The notes: generated from the letters alone by a model not told the origin. A stretch of 64,000 nucleotides of DNA from Gammaproteobacteria bacterium (GCA_009844425.1 VYBN01000034.1:55301-119300), one strand, 5' to 3'; positions 49,031 to 59,484 are shown, numbered from the stretch's first letter. Numbers and translations: made by a program.

Positions 49031-51388
49031 TTGCGCGAGTACGTAATCGGCCTTTCGGCCATCGGGAAGGACGATCTGGAGCGCGTCGGCGGGAAGAACG
49101 CGTCTTTGGGCGAAATGATCTCCCACCTCGAAGTACTGGACATACGCGTTCCCGACGGCTTCGCCACGACATCGGACGCATTCTCCGAATTTCTCTACCA
49201 GGACGGGCTGGGCGAGGCCATCCACGGCATGCTGGACGGCCTGGACGTGGATGACGTCGAACTGCTCGGCCGCACCGGCGCTCATATACGCGAACTGATC
49301 GGCAAGGCGCCGCTGCCTGGCGGCCTCGAGCGGTCGGTCCGATCGGCTTTCGAGCGGCTTTGCGACGGCGCGGAGATCGGTGTCGCGGTTCGGTCCTCGG
49401 CAACGGCGGAGGACTTGCCCGAAGCGTCATTCGCCGGACAGCAGGACACCCTGCTCAACGTGCGCGGGCCGGACCACGTCGTTGCGGGAATTCGCGAGAT
49501 TTACGCCTCGCTGTTCAATGACCGGGCCATCGCCTATCGGGTCCACCAGGGATTCGATCACCGCCGGGTTTCGCTTTCGGTGGCCGTGCAGCGCATGGTC
49601 CGCAGCGACCTGGCCAGTTCCGGCGTGCTCTTCACGCTGGATACCGAGTCGGGGTTCCGCGACCTGGTGCTGATTTCCTCGAGCTACGGACTGGGCGAAA
49701 CCATCGTTCAGGGCGCGGTCAACCCGGACGAGTTTTACGTCTACAAGCCGGGTCTTGCCCGTGGCCGCAAGGCGGTCATCCGGCGCAACCTGGGCAGCAA
49801 GGCACTGAAGATGGTCTATTCCGACGGCGACGGCGGGCGAGTTGCCACCGTGGAAGTACCGAGGGAGCAGCGCGACCGGTTTTCGCTCTCCGACGCGGAC
49901 GCCGAGGAACTGGCCAGGCAGGCGGTGGCGATCGAGCGGCACTACGGCCGGCCCATGGACATCGAGTGGGGCAAGGACGGTGTGGACGGCCATCTCTACA
50001 TCCTGCAGGCGCGCCCGGAGACGGTGAAGAGCCGGGCGGACCAGACCCTGGTGCGGTTCGAGCTCAAGGAGCGTTCCAGGGTGCTGAGCAGCGGGCGCAG
50101 CATAGGCCAGCGCGTGGGGGCCGGCGTCGCGAGGATCGTGTCCAGCGTGGAACGGATGAATCTCATTCAGCCCGGGGACGTGCTGGTGGCGGACATGACC
50201 GACCCCGACTGGGAGCCGGTCATGAAGCGGGCGGCGGCGATTGTGACCAACCGCGGCGGGCGCACATGCCACGCTGCGATCATTGCCCGCGAACTGGGCA
50301 TTCCGGCGGTCGTGGGTTGCGGGAACGCCACCGGCGATATTCCGGACGGGACGGAAGTAACGGTTTCCTGCGCCGAAGGCGACGAGGGATTCGTCTACCG
50401 GGGCAGGCTGCCTTACGAGGAACGGTCCATGCGGCTGGGCCGGCTTCCGGAAATCCCGGTGCGGCTGGCCATGAACGTTGGCAACCCCGATCGCGCTTTT
50501 GCCTTCGCGGCCATTCCCAATCACGGTGTGGGCCTTGCCAGGCTAGAATTCATCGTCAACCGGATGATCGGCGCGCACCCCAACGCCATCCTCGAATTCG
50601 ACCGGCAGGACCCGGATGTGCGGGAACTGATCGTTGAGCAGATGGCGGGTTACGCCGATCCCGTTTCCTTCTACGTGGAGAAATTGGCCGAAGGCATTGC
50701 CTGTATCGCCGCGGCCTTCGCGCCCGAGCCGGTCATCGTGCGGTTGTCGGATTTCAAGTCCAACGAGTACGCCAACCTGATCGGCGGCGCGCGCTACGAA
50801 CCCAGGGAGGAGAACCCCATGCTCGGCTTTCGCGGCGCCGCGCGCTACGTGGACGAGCAATTCAAACCCTGCTTTGAACTGGAGTGCCGGGCGCTGCTGA
50901 AGGTTCGCAGGGACATGGGGCTGGAGAACGTCCAGGTTATGGTGCCCTTCGTTCGCACGGTTCAACAGGCGCGCGAAGTGGTCGATCTGCTGGCCGCGAA
51001 CGGCCTTGAGCGCGGCGTGGACGGCCTGAAACTCATCATGATGTGCGAGCTGCCCGGCAATGCCTTGCTTGCCGGGCAGTACCTCGAATTCTTCGACGGC
51101 ATGTCGATCGGCTCCAACGACCTGACCCAGCTCACGCTCGGCCTGGACCGCGACTCGGGACGAATAGCGGCGCTGTTCGACGAACGGGACGAGGCCGTCA
51201 GGCGCCTGCTGGAGATGGTCATCGCCGCTTGCCGGGCGCGGGACAAGTACGTGGGGATTTGCGGTCAGGGGCCGTCGGACCATCCGGACTTCGCCCGCTG
51301 GCTGGTGGACAAGGGAATCGACAGCCTGTCGCTGAATCCCGACTCGGTGCTGGATACCTGGCTCCACCTGGCCAAGTCGGAGTCTTAA
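49031..51388 (+). CDS. ppsA: phosphoenolpyruvate synthase
   Basis: [37 protein letters not shown]. Confidence 0.97.
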   Translation: MREYVIGLSAIGKDDLERVGGKNASLGEMISHLEVLDIRVPDGFATTSDAFSEFLYQDGLGEAIHGMLDGLDVDDVELLGRTGAHIRELIGKAPLPGGLERSVRSAFERLCDGAEIGVAVRSSATAEDLPEASFAGQQDTLLNVRGPDHVVAGIREIYASLFNDRAIAYRVHQGFDHRRVSLSVAVQRMVRSDLASSGVLFTLDTESGFRDLVLISSSYGLGETIVQGAVNPDEFYVYKPGLARGRKAVIRRNLGSKALKMVYSDGDGGRVATVEVPREQRDRFSLSDADAEELARQAVAIERHYGRPMDIEWGKDGVDGHLYILQARPETVKSRADQTLVRFELKERSRVLSSGRSIGQRVGAGVARIVSSVERMNLIQPGDVLVADMTDPDWEPVMKRAAAIVTNRGGRTCHAAIIARELGIPAVVGCGNATGDIPDGTEVTVSCAEGDEGFVYRGRLPYEERSMRLGRLPEIPVRLAMNVGNPDRAFAFAAIPNHGVGLARLEFIVNRMIGAHPNAILEFDRQDPDVRELIVEQMAGYADPVSFYVEKLAEGIACIAAAFAPEPVIVRLSDFKSNEYANLIGGARYEPREENPMLGFRGAARYVDEQFKPCFELECRALLKVRRDMGLENVQVMVPFVRTVQQAREVVDLLAANGLERGVDGLKLIMMCELPGNALLAGQYLEFFDGMSIGSNDLTQLTLGLDRDSGRIAALFDERDEAVRRLLEMVIAACRARDKYVGICGQGPSDHPDFARWLVDKGIDSLSLNPDSVLDTWLHLAKSES

Positions 51389-51432
51389 GCTTCTTGCGCT
51401 TCGATTCCGCTTTCTAGTGCCTGTTTGTGCTT

Positions 51433-51537
51433 CCTCGCCTTTCGCTCGTCCCCCTCCTCGTTGGAGACGCCATCCTGGCTCGATTCTCGCTGTCCCTGCT
51501 TCAACGCTCCCACGAGGAGGGGACGAACGAAAGGCTT
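51433..51537. repeat. palindromic GGA-core element, copy 3
   Basis: Inverted repeat 51437-51461 / 51512-51535 (one mismatch, one bulge) around GGAGACGCCATCCTGGCTCGATTCTCGCTGTCCCTGCTTCAACGCTCC. Confidence 0.92.
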
Positions 51538-51549
51538 CAGCAGGCGCGG

Positions 51550-52212
51550 TTAGAGGCGGCCGCCGCTAAGGCGGCAGATGCGGTCGCAACGTCCGGCCAG
51601 CTTCTGATCGTGGGTAGCGAGCAGCAGCGTGGCGCCGGCCAGCTCGTTCATCTCGAACAGGATGTCGCCGACCCTCCGGCCGGTATCGGCGTCGAGGTTG
51701 CCGGTCGGCTCGTCCGCCATGAGCACCTGGGGGCGGGTCACGAAGGCGCGCGCGATGGCGACGCGCTGGCGCTCGCCTCCGGAGAGATGGCGCGGATAGT
51801 GGCGCCGCCGTTCGGAAAGTCCAACGCGGCCAAGGGCCTCGTCGGCCGCCTTGCGCGCTCCCCGGCCGCCGTTCAGTTCCAGCGGCAGCATGACGTTCTC
51901 GATCGCGGTCAGGGATTCGACCAGGTGGAAGGACTGGAACACGAAACCCAGGTGCTGTCCGCGCAAGCGGGCCCGTCCGTCCTCGTCGAGCCGGGAAAGG
52001 TCCTGGCCGCACAGCACGACCCGGCCCTCGGTGGGATGGTCGAGTCCGGCCAGGAGCGCCAGCAGCGTCGTCTTGCCCGCTCCGGACGGACCCATGAGCG
52101 CGCAGGACTCGCCACTTTCGAGGCGCAGGTTGATATCCTTGAGAATCTCAAGGTCCCCCTCGGGGCTGGACACAGTCATGCCCAGGTTCTCAGCGCTTAA
52201 GACTTCAGTCAT
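51550..52212 (-). CDS. ybbA: ABC transporter ATP-binding protein, YbbA-like
   Basis: [25 protein letters not shown]; head-to-head with tesA. Confidence 0.88.
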   Translation of the reverse strand: MTEVLSAENLGMTVSSPEGDLEILKDINLRLESGESCALMGPSGAGKTTLLALLAGLDHPTEGRVVLCGQDLSRLDEDGRARLRGQHLGFVFQSFHLVESLTAIENVMLPLELNGGRGARKAADEALGRVGLSERRRHYPRHLSGGERQRVAIARAFVTRPQVLMADEPTGNLDADTGRRVGDILFEMNELAGATLLLATHDQKLAGRCDRICRLSGGRL

Positions 52213-52864
52213 TCGTTGCCTTACAGCGGTCGCCTTGTGCCTTGTGTTTGCCGGCGCAGCCGCCAGGGATGCGCCCGTATTGCTGGTTTTAGGCGACAGT
52301 TTGAGCGCCGCCTACGGAATGCCCCTGAGCCGGGGCTGGGTAAGTTTACTAGAGCAACGTCTCAGTAATGCGGACCGGCCCTGGCGAGTGGTAAATGCCA
52401 GCATCTCCGGCGATACCACCTCGGGCGCACTGAAACGCCTGCCGAAGCTGCTGGATCTGCATGCGCCGGAAGTGGTGATTATCGAACTGGGCGGGAACGA
52501 CGGCCTGCAGGGCAAGCCGCTGGACGCGATCGAGTCCAATCTGAGTGGCCTGATCGGCGTTGTGCGCGGTGCGGGCGCACAACCGGCGCTGGTCGGCATG
52601 CGGATTCCGCCCAACTACGGCCGCTACTACACCGGCGAGTTCGAGCGGCTGTACGAGCAAATTGCGGAAAGGGAGGAGGTTCCTCTGCTGCGGTTCGACC
52701 TGGAGGGGCTGGCGAGCACCGAAGGCATGATGCAGGAGGACGGAATTCATCCGGCGCCGGAAGCGCAGGGGCGGATGCTGGATTCGCTGTGGCCGGCCCT
52801 GAACGCCCGGCTGCTCAGCCTGGAACGGGACCGCCAGTCCCGGGAACAAGGCCCCGGCTCATGA
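52178..52864 (+). CDS. tesA: arylesterase / acyl-CoA thioesterase I (SGNH)
   Basis: GDSLS, ISGDT, GGNDG, DGIHP; 5' overlap with ybbA. Confidence 0.9.
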   Translation: MPRFSALKTSVIRCLTAVALCLVFAGAAARDAPVLLVLGDSLSAAYGMPLSRGWVSLLEQRLSNADRPWRVVNASISGDTTSGALKRLPKLLDLHAPEVVIIELGGNDGLQGKPLDAIESNLSGLIGVVRGAGAQPALVGMRIPPNYGRYYTGEFERLYEQIAEREEVPLLRFDLEGLASTEGMMQEDGIHPAPEAQGRMLDSLWPALNARLLSLERDRQSREQGPGS

Positions 52865-54007
52865 ATCAAGCGCCAGGGCCCGGCAACGCCGGCCGGCGTA
52901 ACGGTCCGTCATTCCCGCGATGTAGTCGGCTACCGCCCGCGCCAGCGCTCCGGCGCCGCGCTCCCGGTCCGGCGAAAGCCTGCCGGGCAATTGGTCCGGG
53001 TGGTTCATGTAGTGGTTGAACAAGGCGTCGACCACGGCGCCTCCCCTCGCGTACTCCTGCTGCATGCGGGGGTGATGGTATAGCCGCTCGGTCAGGAAGC
53101 GGGCCAGCTCCCGGTGACGTTTGTCGACCGGATCGCTCAAGCCCACCAGCGGCATCGAACGGCTGCGGACCGCGTCCGCGTCCTCGGGCATGGCCTCTTT
53201 CAGATTGGCGCCGGTAGTCTCGATCAGGTCCGAGACCACCCGGTCGATCATTCCCCGTATGGCTTCCGACGCCAGCGAGCCGCCGTCGGCGGCGGGAAAT
53301 CTGCCGGCCGCTTCGTCACGGGACTCGCGGAACAGGCGCACCTCCATCAGCTCGCCGGGTTCCAGCAGGCCGCTGCGCAGGCCGTCGTCGAGATCGTGAT
53401 GGTTGTACGCGATCTCGTCGGCCACATTGGCCAGCTGTGCCTCCAGGCTGGGTTGGCGGCGCCGGATAAACCGTTCTCCCAGGTCTCCGAGCGCGCGGGC
53501 CTGGCGTCGCGAGCAGCGCTTTAGCAGGCCTTCGCGCGTTTCCCAGCACAGGTTCAGTCCCGGGAACCCTGCGTATCGGTGCTCCAGCGCGTCGACAATG
53601 CGCAGGGCCTGAAGGTTGTGTTCGAAGCCGCCATGGTCGGTCATGCAACGGTTCAGCGCAGTCTGCCCGGCGTGGCCGAACGGCGGATGCCCGAGATCGT
53701 GTCCCAGGCAGATCGCTTCCGTGAGATCCTGGTTGAGGCGCAGGCAGGCCGCCGCGGTGCGCGCGATCTGGGCCACCTCCATCGTGTGCGTAAGCCGCGT
53801 GCGGAAGTGATCGCCTTCGCCGGCGACGAACACCTGGGTCTTGTGCATCAGCCGCCGAAAAGCCCGGCAGTGGATGATCCGGTCGCGGTCCCGCTGGAAA
53901 GGGCTCCTGTAGGGGTGGCCGGGTTCGGCGTGAACGCGGCCGCGAGTCCGCTCATCGCGGACGGCCCAGGCGGCAAGGCGCACCGGCCACGCCGCGGCCG
54001 TCGTCAA
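52859..54007 (-). CDS. dgt: dGTP triphosphohydrolase-like HD protein
   Basis: FQRDRDRI, HKTQVF, RTRLTH, HDLGHPPFGH, DYIAGMTD. Confidence 0.92.
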   Translation of the reverse strand: MTTAAAWPVRLAAWAVRDERTRGRVHAEPGHPYRSPFQRDRDRIIHCRAFRRLMHKTQVFVAGEGDHFRTRLTHTMEVAQIARTAAACLRLNQDLTEAICLGHDLGHPPFGHAGQTALNRCMTDHGGFEHNLQALRIVDALEHRYAGFPGLNLCWETREGLLKRCSRRQARALGDLGERFIRRRQPSLEAQLANVADEIAYNHHDLDDGLRSGLLEPGELMEVRLFRESRDEAAGRFPAADGGSLASEAIRGMIDRVVSDLIETTGANLKEAMPEDADAVRSRSMPLVGLSDPVDKRHRELARFLTERLYHHPRMQQEYARGGAVVDALFNHYMNHPDQLPGRLSPDRERGAGALARAVADYIAGMTDRYAGRRCRALALDS

Positions 54008-55089
54008 GGCGCGCGTCCCGACAGCACGACGTCCAGCGCATCCATCGAGAAGTCTCCGGTCAGGTGCGCGTCGCCCAGGCCGCGGGGCAGGATCAGCCGG
54101 ATCCGGCCTCCGGCATTCTTCTTGTCGCCGAGCATTGCCTTCTTGAGGGTCCCTGCGTCCAGATCGCCCGCGTTCACCGGCAGGCCCAGGTGCGCCAGCA
54201 GCGTCTCAAGACGCCGTTGTTCCCCGCGCTGCAATGAGCCTTCGGCCACCGCCAGCCTGGCGGCCATGCACATTCCGGCGGCCACGGCCTCGCCATGCAG
54301 CCAGCGTCCGTAACCCGCCGTGTGCTCGATTGCATGCCCGAAGCTGTGGCCGAAATTCAGCACGGCGCGCCGTCCGCTGCGGTCGTGCTCGTCCTCGCCG
54401 ACGATCGCGGCCTTGATTTCTATCGAGCGCCGAACCGCGTGACGCAGGCCGGCCGGGTCGCGAGCCAGCAGCGCGCCGGCGTTGTTTTCCAGCCACCCGA
54501 GAAATTCCTCGTCGGCAATTGCGCCGTATTTCACGATTTCCGCCAGCCCGGCCTTCAGTTCCCGGTCGGGCAATGTGTCGAGAACGCCGGTGTCGCAGAT
54601 TACCGCCCGCGGCTGGTGAAAGGCGCCGACCAGGTTCTTGCCCCACTCGGTATTGATGGCGGTCTTTCCGCCTACGGAAGAGTCCACCTGCGCGAGCAGC
54701 GTGGTGGGAAGCTGCACGTAATCCACGCCGCGGTGATAGCAGGCGGCGGCAAAGCCGGTAACGTCGCCCACACAGCCGCCGCCCAGCGAAATCAGCGTGC
54801 AGCCGCGATCCAGCCCCAGGCGGGTCATACGGTGCAGGATTCGCTGCCAGTGCCTGATGTCCTTGGCCTCTTCGCCGTCGGGAAGGACGAGGGACTCGCA
54901 GCGGTCCCCGCCCGCAAGCACGGGCAGGCGATCCAGATACAGGCCCGCGACGGCGCGGCTGGTCACTGCGAGGACGCCCCCGTTCCCGACCCATTCGGCC
55001 AGGATTCCGGGACGTCCGAGGAGGTCCTGGCCCACCAGCACGGGGTACGTGCCGGATGCCGCCCGCACTTCTATTCGATCGACTTCCAT
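54004..55089 (-). CDS. aroB: 3-dehydroquinate synthase
   Basis: GGGCVGD, PTTLLAQVDSSVGGKT, LNFGHSFGH, HGEAV. Confidence 0.96.
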   Translation of the reverse strand: MEVDRIEVRAASGTYPVLVGQDLLGRPGILAEWVGNGGVLAVTSRAVAGLYLDRLPVLAGGDRCESLVLPDGEEAKDIRHWQRILHRMTRLGLDRGCTLISLGGGCVGDVTGFAAACYHRGVDYVQLPTTLLAQVDSSVGGKTAINTEWGKNLVGAFHQPRAVICDTGVLDTLPDRELKAGLAEIVKYGAIADEEFLGWLENNAGALLARDPAGLRHAVRRSIEIKAAIVGEDEHDRSGRRAVLNFGHSFGHAIEHTAGYGRWLHGEAVAAGMCMAARLAVAEGSLQRGEQRRLETLLAHLGLPVNAGDLDAGTLKKAMLGDKKNAGGRIRLILPRGLGDAHLTGDFSMDALDVVLSGRAP

Positions 55090-55115
55090 ACCTGATGTGA
55101 CGCGATGCCGCGTCG

Positions 55116-55634
55116 CTAGCTTTCCTTCAACAATTGCAGGATATCCTGCCCGACCTGCCTGACCCGGCGCCCGGTGGTATCCACGATGTGGCTGGCCACC
55201 TCAAGGTACAGCGGGCCGCGTTGCAGCATCAGATCCTTCAGAATGTCACGTTTCGGGCCCGAGGCCAATAGCGGACGATTGCGGATGTCGCGGGTCCGGC
55301 GCACCTGCTCGTCCAGGCCGCACTTGAGGTAGACCACGCTGCCGCCGGACCGCAGTGCCTCGCGGTTGCGCTCGCGGAGAACGGCGCCTCCGCCCGTGGC
55401 CAACACGATGTTTCGCTGTGCGCACAAGTGCTCGAGCGCCCTCTCCTCGCGAACCCGGAACCCTTCCTCGCCCTCGATTTCAAAGATCAGCGCGATGTCC
55501 ACGCCGGTCTGTTCCTCGATATACCGGTCGCTGTCGGCGAATTGCAAACTGAGGCGCCCGGCCAGCCAGCTGCCCACCGCGGACTTGCCCGATCCCATGG
55601 GACCTACCAGAAATATGTTTCGCGACGTTGGCAT
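55116..55634 (-). CDS. aroK: shikimate kinase
   Basis: GPMGSGKS, EGEEGFR, ATGGG, RPLL. Confidence 0.95.
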   Translation of the reverse strand: MPTSRNIFLVGPMGSGKSAVGSWLAGRLSLQFADSDRYIEEQTGVDIALIFEIEGEEGFRVREERALEHLCAQRNIVLATGGGAVLRERNREALRSGGSVVYLKCGLDEQVRRTRDIRNRPLLASGPKRDILKDLMLQRGPLYLEVASHIVDTTGRRVRQVGQDILQLLKES

Positions 55635-55700
55635 GGCTTGTGTTCGTCCCCGCGCAGGAGATTGCGGGATTGGCCGCAAATGGTACCCAGAATCGCCTTG

Positions 55701-57101
55701 CTATTGCTGCGGCTCGATGATTGTCGGTGTAACGAAAACGAGGAGTTCGGTCTCGTTGGAGGAATTGATGCTTGAGCGGAACAGGCGTCCGAGCCCGGGA
55801 ATGGACCCGAGCCAGGGCACGCTGGATTGGGTGTCGGCATTCTCGGTTTCCCGAATTCCACCCAGCACGAGGGTCTGGCCGTCCTGCACCAGAACTTCGG
55901 TTTCGATCCGGCGCGTATCGATGGACGGAACGGCTCCACCGCGCTCGGTGGCGACGATCTTTCCCACGCTGTCCTTGGTTACGAGCAGACGGAGGATGAC
56001 CCGGCCGTTGGGCGTAATCCGGGGCGTGACCGTGAGCCCCAGCGCGGCGTGCTTGAAATGGGTGGTTGTGGCGCCGCTGGAAGCCGCTTCCTGGTAGGGG
56101 ATTTCCACGCCCTGGCGGATGCTCGCTTCGCGCTGGTCGGAAGCGAGCACCCGGGGCGCGGATATGAGCCGACCATGGCCCTCGGCCTGCATCGCCGCCA
56201 GTTCGAGGTCCAGCAGGTAGTCGGGATGCAGCAGGGCAAGCGAAAACCTTCCGGCGGCCCCCGCAACCGGCAGACTGACGCTGTAGCGGTCGGCGACATC
56301 CGCGGCAGTCAATGCTCCTTGCCCGCCCTCCGTGTTTTCCAGCGTTTCGGCGATGCGGCTGGTGGCTTCCCCGGTACCGGAAAGCACGACCGAGCGGCTC
56401 TCGCCGCGGCGGTCCGCCGCCGTAACGCCCCAGCGCAAGCCCAGGTTGCGTCCGTAATTCCGGTTGGCGACCACCACGCGCGACTCGATCAGCACCTGCC
56501 TGGCCGGCAGGTCCAGTTCGGCCAGCAATTGCGCCAGCTTCTCCAGGCGGTGCGGAGTATCGTGAGCGATCAGGCTATTGGTCCGCTCGTCCACCTGTAT
56601 CGTCCCCCGTTCCGAAAGCAGCGTGGACTGACCTCCGGCGATCACGGTGGCCAGTTCGGAGGCCGCGGCGTAATTCACCCTGAACTGGCGCAACTGCAAC
56701 GTCGCCAGGGATTCCTGCGCACGCTCGGCATCGCGGCGGGCGGAGTCCCGCGCGAGGAACTCTTCGGGGGTGGCCACCACCCAGACGCCGCGGTTCATGC
56801 GCGCCTTCAGCCCCCGGGTGTCAAGTACCAGCGCGAGCGCGTCGTCATGGGCCATATCGGCGATTTCCAGGGTGATGTTGCCCGTCACGGAATCGGACAC
56901 CAGCATTTGCATTTCTCCGGCCTCCGCCAGAAGCTGCAGGGCGGCGCGGACGGGCAGTTCCCTGAAGCTCAGGGATATGCGCCCGGCTTCGTCCGCCTGC
57001 GAGAGACCGGCGCAGGCGATCGACAAGACCGCAAGCAGCCCGTGGCCGGCGGCGCGCCACCGGCGCGTTGCTCCCCGCTGCATTCGCCCGCGCCCGGTCA
57101 T
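55701..57101 (-). CDS. pilQ: type IV pilus/competence secretin (short form)
   Basis: ISLSF, VDERTNSL, QVLIESRVV, QGVEIPY, VPWLGSIPGLGRLF, ELLVFVTP. Confidence 0.9.
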   Translation of the reverse strand: MTGRGRMQRGATRRWRAAGHGLLAVLSIACAGLSQADEAGRISLSFRELPVRAALQLLAEAGEMQMLVSDSVTGNITLEIADMAHDDALALVLDTRGLKARMNRGVWVVATPEEFLARDSARRDAERAQESLATLQLRQFRVNYAAASELATVIAGGQSTLLSERGTIQVDERTNSLIAHDTPHRLEKLAQLLAELDLPARQVLIESRVVVANRNYGRNLGLRWGVTAADRRGESRSVVLSGTGEATSRIAETLENTEGGQGALTAADVADRYSVSLPVAGAAGRFSLALLHPDYLLDLELAAMQAEGHGRLISAPRVLASDQREASIRQGVEIPYQEAASSGATTTHFKHAALGLTVTPRITPNGRVILRLLVTKDSVGKIVATERGGAVPSIDTRRIETEVLVQDGQTLVLGGIRETENADTQSSVPWLGSIPGLGRLFRSSINSSNETELLVFVTPTIIEPQQ

Positions 57102-57931
57102 GGCGTGTCCGGTTGCAGACGCGGCCGGCCCTCGGGGTCGTCCACGATCCGGTAACGTCGGTCGCCCACCCGTATGAAGCCGCTTTCCCGTAGCGGCTCC
57201 CGCTCTTGCCCGCCGACGTCCGCAGCGAGGCCGCCGTTCTCCCGTGGCAGTGCGCCGAAGGGAGAAGGGAGGCCCCTGCTCGTGGGCGGTGCTTGCGGCC
57301 CGGTCGTCTCGCCCGCGCCGATGTCGGGAAGCCAGTCGGCGTTTCTCCCGTCGGCAAAGTAGGCCAGCAGACGCGCATCGGCGCGCAAGCGGCGGTTATC
57401 CGGACTGCCGCCCGATTCGATCGTCAACTCGACCATCTCACGCAGTTCACCGGCCGTGAGAACATGGCCGATGGCGCCGATGATCTGTCCGTATTCGCCG
57501 GCCAACTGCATTTCCGCGCCGAGGTGCGGGAACCGGCGGGACATTTCACCCGGCGGCTCCCAGGGCCGTACTTCCTCCACCGGCGACCCGGCCCAGGCAG
57601 CCGCCAGCGACACCGCCAGGTCCAGAGACCCGGCGCCGCGCGGTATCCTGGCCCCTGTTTGCCGAAGCTGCTCTTCGAGTTGTTCCAGTTCCATGCGCAG
57701 CAGTTGCGATCGCCGCTCGGCACGGCGCGCTTCCTGCAACCTTTCCTCCAGAGCGGGAAGGGTTTCCGCAGCAGCGGACAACTGCGGCAGCAACTTCCCC
57801 CGCACGCGGACCTGAAGCCCAACTGCCGTTACCAGTATCAGTAGGGAGCACGCCAGCGTGACGCTTACCCGCCTGCTCCACTGGCCCGGTTTTCCGGGCT
57901 CCACGTTGCGCAGTTCATCAAGCAGCGTCAT
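57098..57931 (-). CDS. pilO: divergent PilO-like protein with C-terminal extension
   Basis: Position in the operon, TM plus coiled coil, GEYGQI. Confidence 0.6.
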   Translation of the reverse strand: MTLLDELRNVEPGKPGQWSRRVSVTLACSLLILVTAVGLQVRVRGKLLPQLSAAAETLPALEERLQEARRAERRSQLLRMELEQLEEQLRQTGARIPRGAGSLDLAVSLAAAWAGSPVEEVRPWEPPGEMSRRFPHLGAEMQLAGEYGQIIGAIGHVLTAGELREMVELTIESGGSPDNRRLRADARLLAYFADGRNADWLPDIGAGETTGPQAPPTSRGLPSPFGALPRENGGLAADVGGQEREPLRESGFIRVGDRRYRIVDDPEGRPRLQPDTP

Positions 57932-58458
57932 TCCGCGAACACTCCCGCAAGCGCGAATTCGCGCGCCTGGCCCGAGTCGCTGCGCAAGTGTTCAATGCGG
58001 GATTCCGACACGGCGGGCATGGCCCGGATCGTTTGAAGAAGTTGCGCCGCCGGTTCCAGGTTGCCGGCCACGCCCTGCAATTCCCAAACCGTTCCCTTGA
58101 TCGAGAGTCGCTTCAGGCGCAATTCGGGAGGGACCGCTTCGGACAATTCCTCCAGCCAGGCCCGCACGGCCCGGTTGTGCCGACGGATCCGCTGCATTTC
58201 GGTCAGCACTGCGCCCATGTCGGCATTTCTTGACTGCAGGTTCCGCTGTTCGGCGGCTGCTCCCCGGTGAACGGCGATGGCGGCCTGCAATTGCGCAGCC
58301 CGGCGCTCGACTTCGCGCAATTTCCCGGCGAAATGAAGCTCGGTTGCGGCCACGACCGCCATTCCGGCGACAAGCCCGCAGAGCAGGGCGGTCCAGGCGT
58401 CGCGCCGCCGCGTCCTTTGCATCCGGTCGCGCCAGGGAAGCAGGTTCAGCGAACGCAT
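57928..58458 (-). CDS. pilN: type IV pilus assembly protein PilN
   Basis: LNLLPWR motif, TM, coiled coil. Confidence 0.82.
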   Translation of the reverse strand: MRSLNLLPWRDRMQRTRRRDAWTALLCGLVAGMAVVAATELHFAGKLREVERRAAQLQAAIAVHRGAAAEQRNLQSRNADMGAVLTEMQRIRRHNRAVRAWLEELSEAVPPELRLKRLSIKGTVWELQGVAGNLEPAAQLLQTIRAMPAVSESRIEHLRSDSGQAREFALAGVFAE

Positions 58459-58494
58459 CGCCCGTACTCCGCTCAGGGTAGCCATGCTTGCCGC

Positions 58495-59484
58495 TCAGGC
58501 GTGATCATTGAGCGCCAGGGCATACGCTCCGAACAAAGCGGGCGAGAATTCACCCGCGCCGTCCAGGGCGCCGAAAGCCGGGGCACGAATCGCCTCGACG
58601 GGCAGGTCCAGCTCCTCGCGCAGGGCCGTGCATGCGCCGTGAAGCAAGGCGGCGCCTCCCCAGAGAAGCATCCTCTCGGGCGGCGCGGTGTTTGGTCGCG
58701 CAGCCTGATGCAGTTGCATCGCGCGCGCTGCATGCCGGGCGAGGTCCTTGAGGAACGACTCCCTGATCCGGGCGGCGCCCCCGCCGGGCAGGGCGCATTC
58801 CGCAAGCGCCTTGTGCGTGTCGCTGTCCGACAGCCCGTAGGCGCTGCTGAGGCGGCCGGCCAGCTGCGCGCAGCCGAAGGGCTGGCTGTGCTGAAAAACG
58901 GACTCGCCTCCCGAGTGGACCGTCAGGCGCAATTGCCGGTGGCCTCCGTCGAGGACCGCCAGCGGCGCATCCCGGCCGGCCATCGCCGCTATCGCGCCCT
59001 GGACCGCGAACGTCGTGACGTCCACTGCGGCGACGGACATGCCGGCCTGCCCGACTGCCCGGCACAGCGCGTCTACGGTTGCCAAGCGGGCGATCGCCAT
59101 CCGGAAACCCTGCGTCTGTCGGCCTGCCGTTTCCGCCACGTAATCGAAGGCGGCCTCGCCGAGAGGAAAGGGTGCGGCCTGGCCGGCCTGCAGACGTGCC
59201 TGCTCTTCCATTTCCGCGAGCGGAAGGTCTTTCGGCAGGCTGAAGCGGTGCATGACGACGTCGGCGTTATCGAGGCCGACCACAGCCCTCCGCGCGCGCG
59301 GTGCGGTCCGGCGCAGGGCGTCCTTTATCACGCCTGCATCGGAATCGTGCGAGGAGTCCTCCGCGCGCGGGCGAAGCGAGAGGGCGCAGGATCGTATGGT
59401 CCCCCGGCTGAGTTCTACCATCTTGACCGCGCCCGCGCCGATGTCCAGCCCCAGCACTGCGCGTTTTGGCCGCAATCCCTGCAT
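58495..59484 (-). CDS. pilM: type IV pilus assembly protein PilM
   Basis: GLDIGAGAVKMVEL, PFPLGE..FDY, GGAA; divergent from ponA. Confidence 0.87.
   Translation of the reverse strand: MQGLRPKRAVLGLDIGAGAVKMVELSRGTIRSCALSLRPRAEDSSHDSDAGVIKDALRRTAPRARRAVVGLDNADVVMHRFSLPKDLPLAEMEEQARLQAGQAAPFPLGEAAFDYVAETAGRQTQGFRMAIARLATVDALCRAVGQAGMSVAAVDVTTFAVQGAIAAMAGRDAPLAVLDGGHRQLRLTVHSGGESVFQHSQPFGCAQLAGRLSSAYGLSDSDTHKALAECALPGGGAARIRESFLKDLARHAARAMQLHQAARPNTAPPERMLLWGGAALLHGACTALREELDLPVEAIRAPAFGALDGAGEFSPALFGAYALALNDHA

Noticed and set aside
29651-51537. CRISPR array interpretation of the constant/variable repeats
   Set aside because: The copies are dispersed, the variable parts are inverted pairs rather than unique spacers, and no cas genes are present.
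51427-52200. ORFs starting in or crossing the repeats (51427-52200, 43124-43357, 43164-43364, 29660-29842)
   Set aside because: These are translations of the repeat or antisense shadows of real genes.
52859-54007. dGTPase as an antiphage system
   Set aside because: It sits in the conserved housekeeping aroK-aroB-dgt context, far from the defence island.
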